NCBI RefSeq assembly: GCF_009914755.1 | Contig: NC_060948.1 | Source of the DNA: the human T2T-CHM13v2.0 reference genome, Homo sapiens | Length of the DNA stretch: 64,000 nt | Direction: 5' to 3' (one strand) | Part shown: positions 1 to 17,659 of the stretch, one piece after another | How positions within the stretch are numbered: position 1 is the stretch's first letter | How the letters are laid out: every line of letters starts with the position of its first letter | Position numbers and translations under genes: made by a program | The notes under the pieces: generated by a model | What the model saw: the letters and a program-made list of their open reading frames with translations, nothing else | The model's database searches: none | What the model was told of the DNA's origin: nothing

Positions 1-4589
<4,589 letters not shown>

Positions 4590-4590
<1 letters not shown>

Positions 4591-4965
4591 AATATACAAA
4601 TATATATAAAAATATATACAATATATTTAGAAAAATATGCAAATAAATATACAAAAAATATACAAATATAAAAATATACAAATATAAAAAAATAAAATAT
4701 ACAAATATGTAAATAATATATACACATTATACAAATATATAATATATGAATAATATAATATATAAATATATAAATATTTTTTACAATATATATAAATATA
4801 AATATATAAATAAATTTTTTACAAAAATGTAAAATATAACAAACATATACAAATAAATATACAAAAATATACAAACAAAAATATACAAATATAAAACATA
4901 TACAAATATAAAAAATACATATACAAAAAATATACAAATATATACATATATAAAAAAACATACCT
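4590..4965. repeat. AT-rich low-complexity expansion of the L1 poly(A) tail
   Basis: Degenerate AAATATAC/ATATA units directly after the L1 3' end. Confidence 0.9.
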
Positions 4966-5197
4966 ATACCGAAAAAGAAAGCGTGATAGTTGAAATGATA
5001 ACCAGGGATGTTAATCTCAGTAAGTCAAAATTATTGCACCTCTAGTGAACAAAACTCTGACCTACCCTTTTATGAAAAGTTGTGGTGAGTAATGAAGAAT
5101 AACAAGTAATACCACAACACCAATAATGTTCATTTTTGACAATGAAAATAGATTTTATGGTTGTATGTCCACAGTCAACATTCACAAATTCACATAC

Positions 5198-5199
<2 letters not shown>

Positions 5200-5231
<32 letters not shown>
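5200..5231. repeat. (TG)n microsatellite
   Basis: Direct read. Confidence 0.95.
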
Positions 5232-5236
<5 letters not shown>

Positions 5237-5674
5237 AATACAAAAATGTACATATATGTATTAGGTACTGTGTGACATCAGTGCTGGGTGTCCAGGAGAC
5301 ACAGACAGACAGACAAGAAAACTAATGTGACAGATAAGAAGCACCTTCTGGAAGGAGTGATGTCTGTGTTGTAGGAGTCTTAAGTAGGCAAATCGGGAGA
5401 GAGCATTTATCTCCAAGAAAAAATGGGGCCCAAGTTACAAGATAGGAAAGGGCATGGCTGAAAGTGGAGTTGTCCAGATGTTGCTCCAACTGGACTGTGG
5501 TGAAACAGAAAGACATGAAGCTGACAGGAAAATAAATATTAGGTCTGGAAGGGATTTGTTCAGCCATGCTGAGGATATGGATTCAGAATCTAAAAGGTAT
5601 CAAATCCTGACAAAAGCCATGAAATCTGACTTTGTATAGATGAAACCAATGTGATGAACATCTGTATTAGAGGA

Positions 5675-5962
5675 GGGGTTTGGTGGCTCAACCTTGTAAT
5701 TCCAGCACTTTTAGGGGCCAGGGTGGGTGGATCACGTGAGGCCAGGAATTCAAGACCATCCTGGCCAATTTGGTGAAACTCCGTTTCTACGAAAAATACA
5801 AAAATTAGCCCAGCTTGGTGGGCATATATAATTTTACCTACTCAAAAGTTTGAGGCACAGTAATTACTTGAACCCAGAGGCTGAGGTTGCAGTGAGCTGA
5901 AATAATGCCACTGCTCTCCAGCCAGGGTAACACAGTAAGACTATCTCAAAGAAAAAAAGAAG
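5675..5962 (+). mobile_element. Alu (diverged)
   Basis: TGTAATTCCAGCACTTT...GAGGTTGCAGTGAGC followed by an A-rich tail. Confidence 0.9.
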
Positions 5963-6069
5963 CAAGGAAATGTGCATTAGAAAACATGAAACATGGACTC
6001 TAACAGGAGGTAATGAAAGGCACAAACATGTTGGAATCCTTTAATGTAAGATCAAAAGTGTGTACTGTT

Positions 6070-6866
6070 AATGTTAGCTCCTGATCTAAAATGCTTCTTG
6101 TTGAAATCTTCATTGAATAAAGTAGGTATAAGTGAAGCATTTTTAACACCAATTCTTCTTTTCACCCTTACTAAATGCTGGGGACAGCCACGTTTGAAAT
6201 TTGGATTATAATAAAACTTTAACTAAAACCAAAGAAAAAGGTAATTCAGTGCCATTTTAAACCGGGAGACAAGTGACAATAACAAACATAACACATAAAA
6301 TATCAGATTTCTCTTTCGTCACACAAACTTAATGACATCAAATAATTCATGAACATTATTTGCTATTTTTAAGAAAGTGCTTGTTGGGAAAAAAAAGCAC
6401 TCAAATTGTTAAGCCCTCAGGTGAAAACATGTTATATATTAATAGCAACATTACATTAAGTGGCTTTGATACATTTATTTGGAGTTCACTGGTAAGATTC
6501 AAAGTTTTAGCAACATTTCTGAAAACTCTGAAAGGTTGATGCTCAAGCTGAACTCAATAATTTCAAAAAAATAAATAATTTCTACCTTAATATTTTATAT
6601 AATTTTCAACATCTGGTCTTGTTGCATGTATTAACATATTTACTGATGTTCAAAGTAAAATTACATACATACTTTACATAGAGTGGTAACTGAAATATGT
6701 TAAATGCTTTGCTTAAGGCATCGGATTCTTTCTCTTCTGCCAGAAAGGTGGCTAGAAAGGCAGATCTTTGAAAATTCTGTCGCAACGGAGACCTACTGGA
6801 GGCTTCTGAACCAGTTAACTAATCTTTGGGAGAAACATCTTGAATTTCTGAAGAAACATGTGCCAT
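6070..6866 (-). pseudogene. HSFY: HSFY (heat shock transcription factor, Y-linked) pseudogene, two exons
   Basis: Exon 1 coding part (6866-6708) translates MAHVSSEIQDVSPKD*LTGSEASSRSPLRQNFQRSAFLATFLAEEKESDALSK; exon 2 (6222-~6070, after ttttag acceptor) translates LKFYYNPNFKRGCPQHLVRVKRRIGVKNASLIPTLFNEDFNKKHFRSGAN. Both match recalled HSFY1. Stop at 6821-6819, donor reads GC, 3' part missing. Confidence 0.93.
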
Positions 6867-6999
6867 CTCAAATAAACATTTCTTTAGCTACTCTTCCAGC
6901 CTGCATGGTTTTCAAGACTGTGGCTTCAAATGCTGCTTCAGAAGGCCTAGGCAGGTAAAGAAATCTAGACCATCACGATGTTCCCAAGGTGAGTAGCAA

Positions 7000-7033
7000 T
7001 GACATCACAAGAGGATTTTGGTCTCCTAGCAAC
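7000..7033. promoter_or_regulatory. CRE-like (TGACATCA) and RFX X-box-like (GTCTCCTAGCAAC) motifs upstream of the HSFY pseudogene ATG
   Basis: Motifs at 7000-7007 and 7021-7033, ~135-170 bp 5' of the minus-strand ATG. Confidence 0.4.
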
Positions 7034-7524
7034 CAACAAAAAATCTGACCAAAAGTGCTTCCTTCCCAGTCTGAGAAATGTATCCATTGAAAATCAAATA
7101 TACACTGCTAACTTACACAGTGTCAGCTGCAAAAATCTCATCCCTTCAGCATGATTTAAATAAACAAGAAAATAATGTCCTCAATCCCAGAAATAAATGT
7201 AATTTTCTCCCTGACACACACACTTACTAGATTGGTGACAGGAGCATAGGTAATTGCAAAACAAAACAAAAAAAGGAAATTATTTAAATAGCAAGTGCTT
7301 AATTGTGTTACCATACCATAAACAGAGAATGTGTCCCCATGTACAAATGTTCTCATTTCCCCAGCAAATATCAAAAACAATGTAATGATAATTTTAAAGC
7401 TTATAATCTTTTTAATTTATTTATAAAAAGGTAAGTAAATAATCATTAACATCATCATGGTAATTATGCCATAACTAACTTAAGCAATACTTTCTTATCA
7501 AAGCTTAACATATTTATATATAGC

Positions 7525-7830
7525 AATCCTTTGGTATCTGTAGGGGATTGGCTCCAGAAACATCTCAAATACCAAAATGTATGTCTGCTCAAGCTTCTGC
7601 TTTATAATGATGCAGTAGGTAAGTATAATGCACACCCATCCTCCTGTGTAGTTTACTTTATCTCTACATAAATAATTAATAAAATGTAAATGCTATGTAG
7701 ACAGATATTTTACTCTAATGACTTTAAATTTGTTACATTTTACCATAGTATTGATTTTTTTGTTTTTGTTTTCAAACACTTTAATATATGTCTAGGGAAA
7801 TCTGTTTGCAGAACCTTTATATGCAAAAGG
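7525..7830 (+). mobile_element. MER2/Tigger-like DNA transposon remnant
   Basis: TCCTTTGGTATCTGTAGGGGATTGGCTCCAG resembles the MER2 terminus. Confidence 0.6.
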
Positions 7831-8077
7831 TCTCTTATTTGTTGCAAATCAGAAAACATTACTGACACAGAGAGTGATGGCTATGTGGTTCCATATAGCC
7901 ACTACTATCTGTGTTACTTCTCTAATATTTTCTTTTATGCAATTAAGCAGAATTTGGTGTGAGCAAACTGAAGATACAAAGTAAGCAATAATGATAGCAG
8001 TTAATACTTATAGTGCTTAAAGTCAAGGTAATACACTAAGAGCTGCACACATATTAATAAATTTAATCCTCACTGTC

Positions 8078-8288
8078 CTTTCTTTTTGTGTGACAGTTTC
8101 ACTCTCTTCACCTAGAATGCAGTGCAATGGCAGGATCTAGGCTCACTGCAACCTAGACCTCCCAGATTCAAGCGATTCACCTGTCCCAGCCTCCCCAGTA
8201 GCTAGTATTACAGGCATCTGCCGCCACACCTGGCTAATTTTCATATTTTTAGTAGAGATGGGGCTTCACCCTGTTGGCAAAGCTGGAC
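8078..8288 (-). mobile_element. Alu (partial)
   Basis: GGCTCACTGCAACCT...TTTTTAGTAGAGATGGGG. Confidence 0.85.
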
Positions 8289-9028
8289 TCTCTGTCTTAT
8301 AAAAAGGTAAAACCTATACATAATACTTTAAACGGTGTGAATTAAGAGTGGCAGGCAGGGTGAAAAGAAATTGTTCCAAGTCTCAGAGGTGAAAATAGCA
8401 GGCAGTATGCTGTTAAAAATAAACCACAATTTAAATGGCAGCTAAGTGCAAGATAATGCAGACAGCTTGGAGGTGAGATGTTATGAAGGTCAAGAAAGAC
8501 ATACCTGTCATTTAATATATAATATCTTCAAAGACATTTTACCATTATATATCCTAGTCAAATTGCGAAGAAATAAAATTAGCTGGTTAGGCCTAAAGAA
8601 AGAGACCTGTTTGTGAAACTACAAGTGGTCGTTAAAATCTGTTGGAAGCCCATAAAATGAAGGAACATTTTTGCTTCAAGAGATTTTTATAGTAGAAAAA
8701 GAATAATGCTTTCTTCTACCAACTCTTCAAGATTCAATCATTAAAATGCAATTTATTTTAGAGTAGAGATGAAAACAATCTGGGAGATTATTTTACATCT
8801 CAAATTATTCACCTAATGAGAATAACTTTTTTTTTCCTAGTCAGTCATTCGATTTTGTCAATAACATTCTCCTTTAAGCCAGTTATCATCTTGACTACCT
8901 CTCTGATACCGTGCAAATACTAAAGAGAAAGCAGAAGTTAATTTTGTGGATGAGCACAAACACTTCTAATTGTCTTCTGGTTGTTTTCAATGAGATAATT
9001 ATTTTTTTCAAAACTGAACAAAACAAAC

Positions 9029-9157
9029 TTTTTATCACATTTTACAATGATGTGCATTTGCACATTCAATTTGATACACTGTTCCAAAGAATGAAGAAGA
9101 TTTTGAAGACTGTTCATGTCCACATTTAAAGTTGTAAAAGATTTCTCACATTTGTAT
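9029..9157 (-). pseudogene. USP9Y: USP9Y-like pseudo-exon
   Basis: Translates [29 protein letters not shown]...CDKK versus recalled USP9 [29 protein letters not shown]...CNKK; internal deletion/frameshift. Confidence 0.85.
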
Positions 9158-9294
9158 CAAAAGATATTATTTAAAATACAAATTATAAAATGTATTTTTT
9201 ACTTTTATTTGTGAAGACAGGTTCTTTGTCACTGAAGCTAAAATGCAGTGGCACAATTCCAGTTCACTGTGGTCTCAAACTCTTTGGCTTGAGC

Positions 9295-9795
9295 TGGGGT
9301 TTCCCTAATCAGTATCCATCTGCGTCTTGTTATGAACTGGGGCTACACATCAACAGGTGAGTGGTGGCCAAGCATGGAAACCTTATCTCTATTTAAAACA
9401 CTAAGTATGGTTCACAGTACTGCCTGAGATCCGCTTTCTGAAGATCAGTGGCAGCATCCGATTTTTATAGAAGCGAGGGAACTACTATTTACTGCACTTG
9501 AGAGAAATTTACGTTTTGCACTCTTTATAAGAATCAAAACAACTGATCACCTGCAACAGTCTCCCATCACCCACAGATAGAACCATCTAGCTACAGGAAA
9601 ATAAGTTTAGGGCTCCCACTGAGTCTACATTATGGTGAGATGTATAATTATTTTGTTAAATATTATAATGTAATAATAAGACAAATAAAGCGCAAAATCA
9701 ATGGAGGGTACTCAAATCTTCCAAAAACTGTCTCCACAACCCCAGTTGATGAAAATCTTGTCTTTCACAAAAACAGGCCCTGGTGCCAAGTGATA
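9295..9795 (+). mobile_element. MER1A-like (hAT-Charlie) remnant
   Basis: GATCAGTGGCAGCAT, GGGCTCCCACTGAGTCTACATTATGGTGAG and CCCTGGTGCCAAG motifs. Confidence 0.7.
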
Positions 9796-10359
9796 GCAGA
9801 TGATCACATATAGATGCATGCACACATAAATTATTGAGTGAAAGTTTTGAAGACAGAAGCTCAAAGAGTTATAATAATTTGAGAGAACAAGAACAGAAAT
9901 GTTGACTAGATTGCAGAAAAAGAAATGTTTTGAGTAGAGAAAGCTAATGAAAATAAATTGTTGACACAAGAAAAAATGAGAGTGAGGGACGTGTGCAGAT
10001 AAAGAATTGAAATATGTAAATTAGAATTATATATGCAAATCATATTTATAACCTAGGTTTACAGTTTAGCTATGAAATTTGGAAACTTTTACTGAAAGCT
10101 ATAATGGGCAGTCAGTTAATTACACGTGCACTAAAGACTTTTAAAGGAAATCTAAGTGATATGCTAATACATAGAAAGGGAACTACTGTGAGTAAAACAG
10201 AAGACAGCCCAGAAATCAGAAGATCCCTTTTTCTTCCTACCTCTGAGCTATCTAAGAAATACCTTCTTGAAAGAACACTAAACTCTTTCTCTGTGTGTGT
10301 GTGTGGTTTTGTGTGCATGTGTGGTTGTGTGTGTTTGTGTGGCACAGCTTCTCTTCATT

Positions 10360-10594
10360 ACTCAGTCTGCAATGCAGCAACACGGTTACAGCTCAGGTGA
10401 TGTTTTCGCCTTAGTGTCCCGGGTAGATGGGACTAGTGCAGACAATTACACTCAGCTAATTTATTGCATCTTAGTAGAGATGGGATATCACCATGTTGCA
10501 CAGGCTGGTTTTGAACTCCTGAAATCAAGTAATCTGACTCCCTTGGCTTCCCAAAGTGCTAAGGCTATCCATGTGAGTGACAGGGCCTGGCCTA
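10360..10594 (-). mobile_element. Alu (degenerate)
   Basis: TAGTAGAGATGGG...CAGGCTGGTTTTGAACTCCTG...CCCAAAGTGCT. Confidence 0.8.
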
Positions 10595-11515
10595 GTTGAG
10601 ATTTTTCAAATCTAAACACGGACCAAGTGTTATTGGTCACTTTTGTAAGAGGCTCAAAATCTATGAGATTACATTCAGGCTTGCAAAAATTATGTGTATA
10701 TTACATGAAGTTATAGATTATATATTTATATAAAAGTATATCATATATATTTTATCTTGCAGGACTAGGAAGCAGTACTTTTTTGTCAGTGATTAAAAGG
10801 TTTATTTGATAATAAAAATGCTTATTTGATGATGAGTAATATGGATTTCTGAGGTGATTATTATACATAATCTCAGGCATAAACATTACTCTAGAAACTA
10901 AAAGACATCATTGATGTGCTAGTCTAAATTGAACAGTATAATGAGGAAAGTGTAATCAAATATCAAAGTTAGTCAAATAAATGGTATTTTATCTTTCCAA
11001 GTAGCTGATACTACAGGCTCATATATCCACACCTGAATAATTTTTGTTTTGTTTTCATAGAGGCAGGGTTTTCTACGTTGCCCAAGGTTGTAAAATAATT
11101 TGTATTATGTGTGATAACAGTACCCTGGTCATATATTTTTGAAAAAACTTTAGGGATGTATTAAAATATCTGTACACTTAAAAAATGTACTTGACATTTG
11201 CTTCATTTGAGAACTGTTAAATCAAGGAGATGACTTCATTTTAATATTTTGATTATATAGATTACAAATCTTCCTATAAGAAGTCAATTATACCTTAAGA
11301 GATGAAAGAATACAGTGGCCTGTCTTTGCTGTGACAATTTTAACCTTTTTCTATTAGTATGACAATAATAAAAATGATCAAGAAATGCAGCTAGGATATT
11401 ACTATTTTTTAAATATTACATGCCAAATAAACTATGTATTTTAAAGATCTATTTAAAAAATTTAATGTACAGACGATTTTATCAAAATTAAATTGATAAA
11501 TCACCCATAATTTAC

Positions 11516-11704
11516 CTGAAGTGTTTCCAAAAAATTTTCAGTACATAGTATTTTAGTCAGAAGGCAACTAAATGTAAAAGAGGCTTGAAGGTGTCTTTGG
11601 ACACGAATATTGTTCTCTTTCCTATCTTCTATCTTGTTTAATGTGGGCTCATCTTTAAATTTATGACGTTAACTACGTACATCATTTTGGAGATGAGCAT
11701 TGCT
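11516..11704 (-). pseudogene. USP9Y: USP9Y-like pseudo-exon
   Basis: SNAHLQNDVRS*RHKFKDEPTLNKIEDRKENNIRVQRHLQ versus [40 protein letters not shown]; ends ...TTCAG|GTAAAT donor. Confidence 0.85.
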
Positions 11705-13490
11705 ATAGAAACCAAAATACATTGGTGATGCACTAATCTAACGTTAAAATATAATAAAAGAAGTTGAAATAAATACCAAAACTTAGTTAATAAGATGATA
11801 TGCATGTTTTAATATTATTTTCAAAGAACTTATTGTTTTTAATGTTTAGGATTAGTGATTATTTCACAGGGGGACCATCAGAAAGAGATCACAGAAAAAT
11901 TATCCTTAGCAATAATAAAACAATAGCATATATTGCAGGTAATAAAATATACTACAGTGTTGTTGAGTAGACAGATTAAAAACAAATCAGTGCTCTGCCA
12001 TATGAGGAATAAGATACTTTGTTCTCCTAGAATTCAGTGTCTTCTTGTGATTTTAATGCATTTTTACAGATTTCATGATATAATTTATGTGATGTATTTG
12101 GAATTATTACTGCACAATAAGTACAGCTATTAAGAGTAGTTGTGGAAGGAATGAGAGCACACACAGGAACGCCAAAGGTCATAATTTCCTTATAGCTACA
12201 GAGCAAAATACAGTTGTTTTACACATATCTCTCATGTTTCTGTATGTTTTTCTCTACATCTGAGGTTTTTGATACAATAATGAACAATATCCAGTTTGTG
12301 CCCTGATGAAGTTCATTGTATAGAAAAAGCAGCTAGGCAGACATGCAGCCACAGTAAAGCGCTAAGACATCATAAAGCACAAGCAATGAAGCACAAAGGT
12401 GGGGATTTAATTTGAATTTTATATTCTGTCTGCCTCATTCACTTCTTGCCAGTGTAATTAACCATCTCTATCTGTTTTAAATTCAAAACCCTAGGGGTAA
12501 AACTGATTACAGTACAAGGAACTAAATTTTACTTTTTGTTGTTGTTGTTGTTTATTAGTGACTATTAACCAAGTGTTAGCGAACGTCCCATATGGACATT
12601 CTACTAAAAGAAATGCTACCAAGGTTTTAATGCCTGCGTGGTGTGATCTATCAGATCTAGAAAGGGAGAGGCAAGTGTGTTTTTAATCTCCATAAATGAT
12701 AAATGCTGAGATGCTATTTGAAAACCAAACTATTTCTGATCACTGAGGAAGAGAAATGTAGAAATTTAAGATTTATTACAATTAAAATATTCTAATTTCT
12801 TTATTTAGTTTCTATCAATACCTATGCAAAAAGTAAAGGAACTACTTGAGTACAAACATTTCCAAAATTCAAGTTTTTGGTATTCACTTATTTAATAGCT
12901 ATATCTTAAATATGTAATCTGCCACTAAAACCTAATATTTTTGCTGCTTTATTTTCAACCAGATACTTTTTATTTTCAACCAGATGATTTATACCCTTAG
13001 CAGCCTGATTGTAATAGTTACGTCATGTTGCTAACAGGTCCATGTAGCATTATCTGAAAATCAATTTTTTTCCTTAGCAGAAAAAACCCTAATTTGAGAA
13101 AAATATTTAGAGAATCCTAAAAATAAGCACAACTTATATAACACAGATAGAACAGTAAAAAAGCCTACTTTATAAAACAAGATGAAAATATAATTATTAA
13201 AAACAAAAATTTCTCATTATCCAAAGAATGAATTGCATTTACCATGTTGTGCAAATGTGATTATATCAACCATGCTTTGAAAACAACAAAAAACATTGAT
13301 AAATATTATTAACTAAAATTTCAACTTACTAGATAGTGATCACAATAAATATGCCAGTCATAGTATCTCAGATATTATAGCCATATCATCAAAATGCAGT
13401 CCTGATAAAACCTCATGAAACTATACTAATTTGAGGAAGAACAACAGTATCTACTATGAGAATATTCAAAAAATGATAATTAAAACTTAC

Positions 13491-13640
13491 TTCACAATTT
13501 TGTTTCTCATCTTTGAACGATCATCGAGTTCATCACTAACTGTGTTTTCAATTGTAGAAATACTGTTTCTGATGACTGGGATTATGTATAGTTGCTGGAT
13601 CACAGAATTATTAACCACAGACTTCTTAAGTCCACATTTT
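13491..13640 (-). pseudogene. USP9Y: USP9Y-like pseudo-exon (Cys-box region)
   Basis: [34 protein letters not shown] versus [43 protein letters not shown] donor. Confidence 0.85.
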
Positions 13641-14182
13641 TAATGACATTGCTTCTGTAACAATTTTCTTAGAAAAGGTCATGCATGATGGTATAATATT
13701 AAATTCTAATGTGTTACACAGACTTAGCATTAATCATTACAAATTTACATATTAAAAAACTTTTGCACTTAAATGTATTCAATACATTTTAATCAGATCT
13801 TTACATAAATAGAACTTTAGAGTTTTCTCAGTTTTAATTGAGCACTACATTTACATTATTGTTCTGACTCATAAAAACTATAATCTTCACATAAATATCA
13901 CTTTCTTCCTCAGCTAATAGTGATAATTGTTTTATCTATGTTCATAGTTTTATTGTGAGAAGAAGTCAATTAGAAGTTGTCTTTAAAATACCTGTGAAAA
14001 TTGTAAATGCTACTTTTTGTAAAACTGAATATGACTTACACATAAATCCAACTTAGAGATGGATTACATAAATTAGAGCACATTGAACTGCAAGTTATGT
14101 AGCTACAAAACAGAATTAAATAGATCTTGTTGTATTGACAGGCGTGTGACTAAGTACAAAACAAGGTTAACCATATTGTATA

Positions 14183-14692
14183 TAAACTCATTACTTAAAA
14201 AGTCAGATCATTCTGTGTCCTGTGGGATCTATGTAGAGAGAAGAGTTTCCTTTTTGAAAACACTTTTTTTTGTTAATTTGTTTAACTATTGTATTAGAAT
14301 AGTAAATATATATTTTCAAAAGATTTTTTTACTTTGATCAGAAATATGATCATTTCTGTAAGAAAAAAAAATAGCTAATTGTATGAAGATGTGCATATAT
14401 CTCAAAGAAAATCTCTGTACCAGAAATATAATATTGGTGGCAAGATAATAGTTTTTAGTGCATGTCCTCTTGTATATTTGAAAATATATATTAATCACAA
14501 GAAAACATTGGCTAGTTTAACAACAATACTGTTTATTTTAAAAAATCTCTTTTGAAAATACAAATTTACTATTCCAATACAATAGTTAAACAAATTAACA
14601 AAAAAAAAAAAGTGTTTTCAAAAAGGAAACTCTTCTCTCTACATAGATCCCACAGGACACAGAATGATCTGACCTTTTAAGTAATGAGTTTA
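14183..14692. repeat. Inverted repeat with ~150 bp arms (14183-14330 and 14540-14692) and ~210 bp spacer
   Basis: GTCAGATCATTCTGTGTCCTGTGGGATCTATGTAGAGAGAAGAGTTTCC in the left arm has its exact reverse complement in the right arm. Confidence 0.95.
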
Positions 14693-15411
14693 GCTAGAAA
14701 CTCCTACAATGTACTAAAAAATATACTCACACAGAGAAAAACATAAATATAATTTCACATTTTCCAATTAAATATCTGTACAGAATGCTGTTGTTAATTA
14801 TGTACTTAACCCTCAGATTTCTCTTGAAATCAACTAAATTTCATGTTATTACTTGTTAATTTACTTACATTGGCTCCCAGTCTGAGTTTCAGTTTTGTGT
14901 AAGATTTCAACATTGCTACCTATTTTGCTTAACTAATATGGACATTTAAAAGTAATAAAATGCACTCAAATGTTCTCTTCTCACATTATGATTTTTAAAA
15001 CAATACCTCTCTTATAATATAACTAAAATACCATGAAACAACTTCAAAGTTTGGGTTATGAAAATCTTTTTAATGCATACAGTTTAAATATAAAGTTTTT
15101 GTAGCATTAAATTTGGCTTCTTGTTATTCTAAAGGGTTAGTATTTTTTTTTCACATACAACTAAATAAAACCCACTGTGGTAAATTACCAAAACCAGCTA
15201 TAGGAGAGAAGTTAAGAAATACATGCTTATTTTGAAAAATAATGTTCTCTTACTTACATGGTTTTAATTATATACCTGATGGCTACAAAATGGTAAACTA
15301 GTTAATCAAAAAGAAAAAACCCATAAGTTAATTTTTGCAAATGAAATAATAGAATTTTAAACTAAAGTGTGATTAATGAACAAAAACTGCTTTATAATTT
15401 AAAATATTCAC

Positions 15412-15632
15412 TAGTTATTGCTTTGTCTTTGTAATATGTTTCAGTCAAACAGTCTAGCATCATTGTGAGATTTTTTACACAGCCAATAGCTGGTGCTGCA
15501 AGCAGCTCAAAACCAGGGTTGATGGTAGTGGGTCAGTTACAGACAAGAACAGCCTTCTCTGCTAGCAGTTATTCACTTCTTATGTATTGCAGGTGAACTT
15601 TAGATGAAGGCAAGATGAAAACGAATTAATTT
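15412..15632 (-). pseudogene. USP9Y: USP9Y-like pseudo-exon
   Basis: [49 protein letters not shown] versus [51 protein letters not shown]; AG and GT boundaries present. Confidence 0.9.
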
Positions 15633-16078
15633 CTAGTAAGTTAGAAGAAGTAATCACATATTATTAGTAGAAAAGACAGGTTATAAAAACTTTATTTTCA
15701 AAGAAAATACCTTTAAGTCTATTTCACATAATTAAACATCTCAATGTATCTTGAAACAATTTTGAATTTTCTTACAAAAGAAAATCCTGAGGAAAAAAAA
15801 CTGAGTGCAATCAACTAATGTAACTAATTATCCAAATTAGATTTTTACAGAAATTTCTAAAACTTCAGAACTTTACACCAAAGCAAAATAACATTCTAAA
15901 TATACCTACTATTTTAGTTACATATTAATAAAAATAAATTAATTTCCAAGTATAATACATTAAAATTATATTATTTTTCTTGAATTATGAGACATATAAA
16001 GAAACTCATCAAAAATATGATGTAGAAAATAAGGTTTTGCAAGATGGACTTTTTTATTCAATTAGAAATTCAATCAGG

Positions 16079-16350
16079 GGCCAGGCATGGCGATTCACAC
16101 ATGTAATTCCAGTACTTTTGGAAGCCAAGGCAGGCAGAGTACTTGAGGTCTGAATATTGAGACAAGCATGACCAATATGGTAAAAACACATGAGGTGTGG
16201 TGGTGCACACCTGTAATCTCAGCTATTCAAGAAGCCGAGGAAGAATAAATACTTGAAGCTGGGAAGCAGGGTGCTGCAGTGTGCTAAGATTGCACCAGTG
16301 CACTCCAGCCAAAGAGGCAATGTGAGATATCATTCTAAAAATAAAAGAAA
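16079..16350 (+). mobile_element. Alu (diverged)
   Basis: GGCCAGGCATGG...GTGCACTCCAGCC and A tail. Confidence 0.85.
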
Positions 16351-16595
16351 ACAAATTCAATCAATTAAAAATTGAGATGTACTACTTATTTAACTTTTCA
16401 ATGCAGTTTGTGACAACTCTGATTTTTAATTACAAAATGTTTTAAATAAAGTGTGCACACATTTCAAAGTTACTACAACCCCACATCCAGAAAAAAAAGT
16501 TTTATTTTTATTTAATTAATTTAATTTTGTTTTATATTAAGTTCCACAGTACATGCAGGACATCCTGGTTTATTTCACAAATGACAGAATGTTAG

Positions 16596-17246
<651 letters not shown>

Positions 17247-17344
17247 TAAGTACAAAATGTCAAAGTCCAGGAATTAGAAATACTGTTTCATAAGCAAGCT
17301 TCATAATCTACTAAAAGAATGCTAATCTGAAGCCCAATGCCATG

Positions 17345-17468
17345 CTAGGCACCATGGTGGGTGCCTGTAATCCCAGCTGCTTGGGAGGCAGAGGTGCACT
17401 GAGCTGAGACCATGCCATTGCACTCCAGCATGGACTACAAAAGTGAAAGTCCGTCTTTAAAAAAAAAT
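17345..17468 (+). mobile_element. Alu right-arm fragment
   Basis: GCCTGTAATCCCAGC...CCATTGCACTCCAGC. Confidence 0.8.
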
Positions 17469-17659
17469 GCAGTATACATAAGATGGATCAGGTGGTTCAA
17501 TGCAAATAATAATCTTTCAAATTTGATTTTGTAAAAATTTTGAAATATAATCATTTCCAAATAAGGTTAAAAAAATCCAAAATGTAGGACACTGAATTTT
17601 CAGTATTTCAAGAACTAAAAGAAGTAAGTCATTTAAACACAACCAGCTATGCTGCTTTT

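Noticed and set aside
6704-6958. 84-aa plus-strand ORF
   Set aside because: Antisense shadow of the HSFY pseudogene
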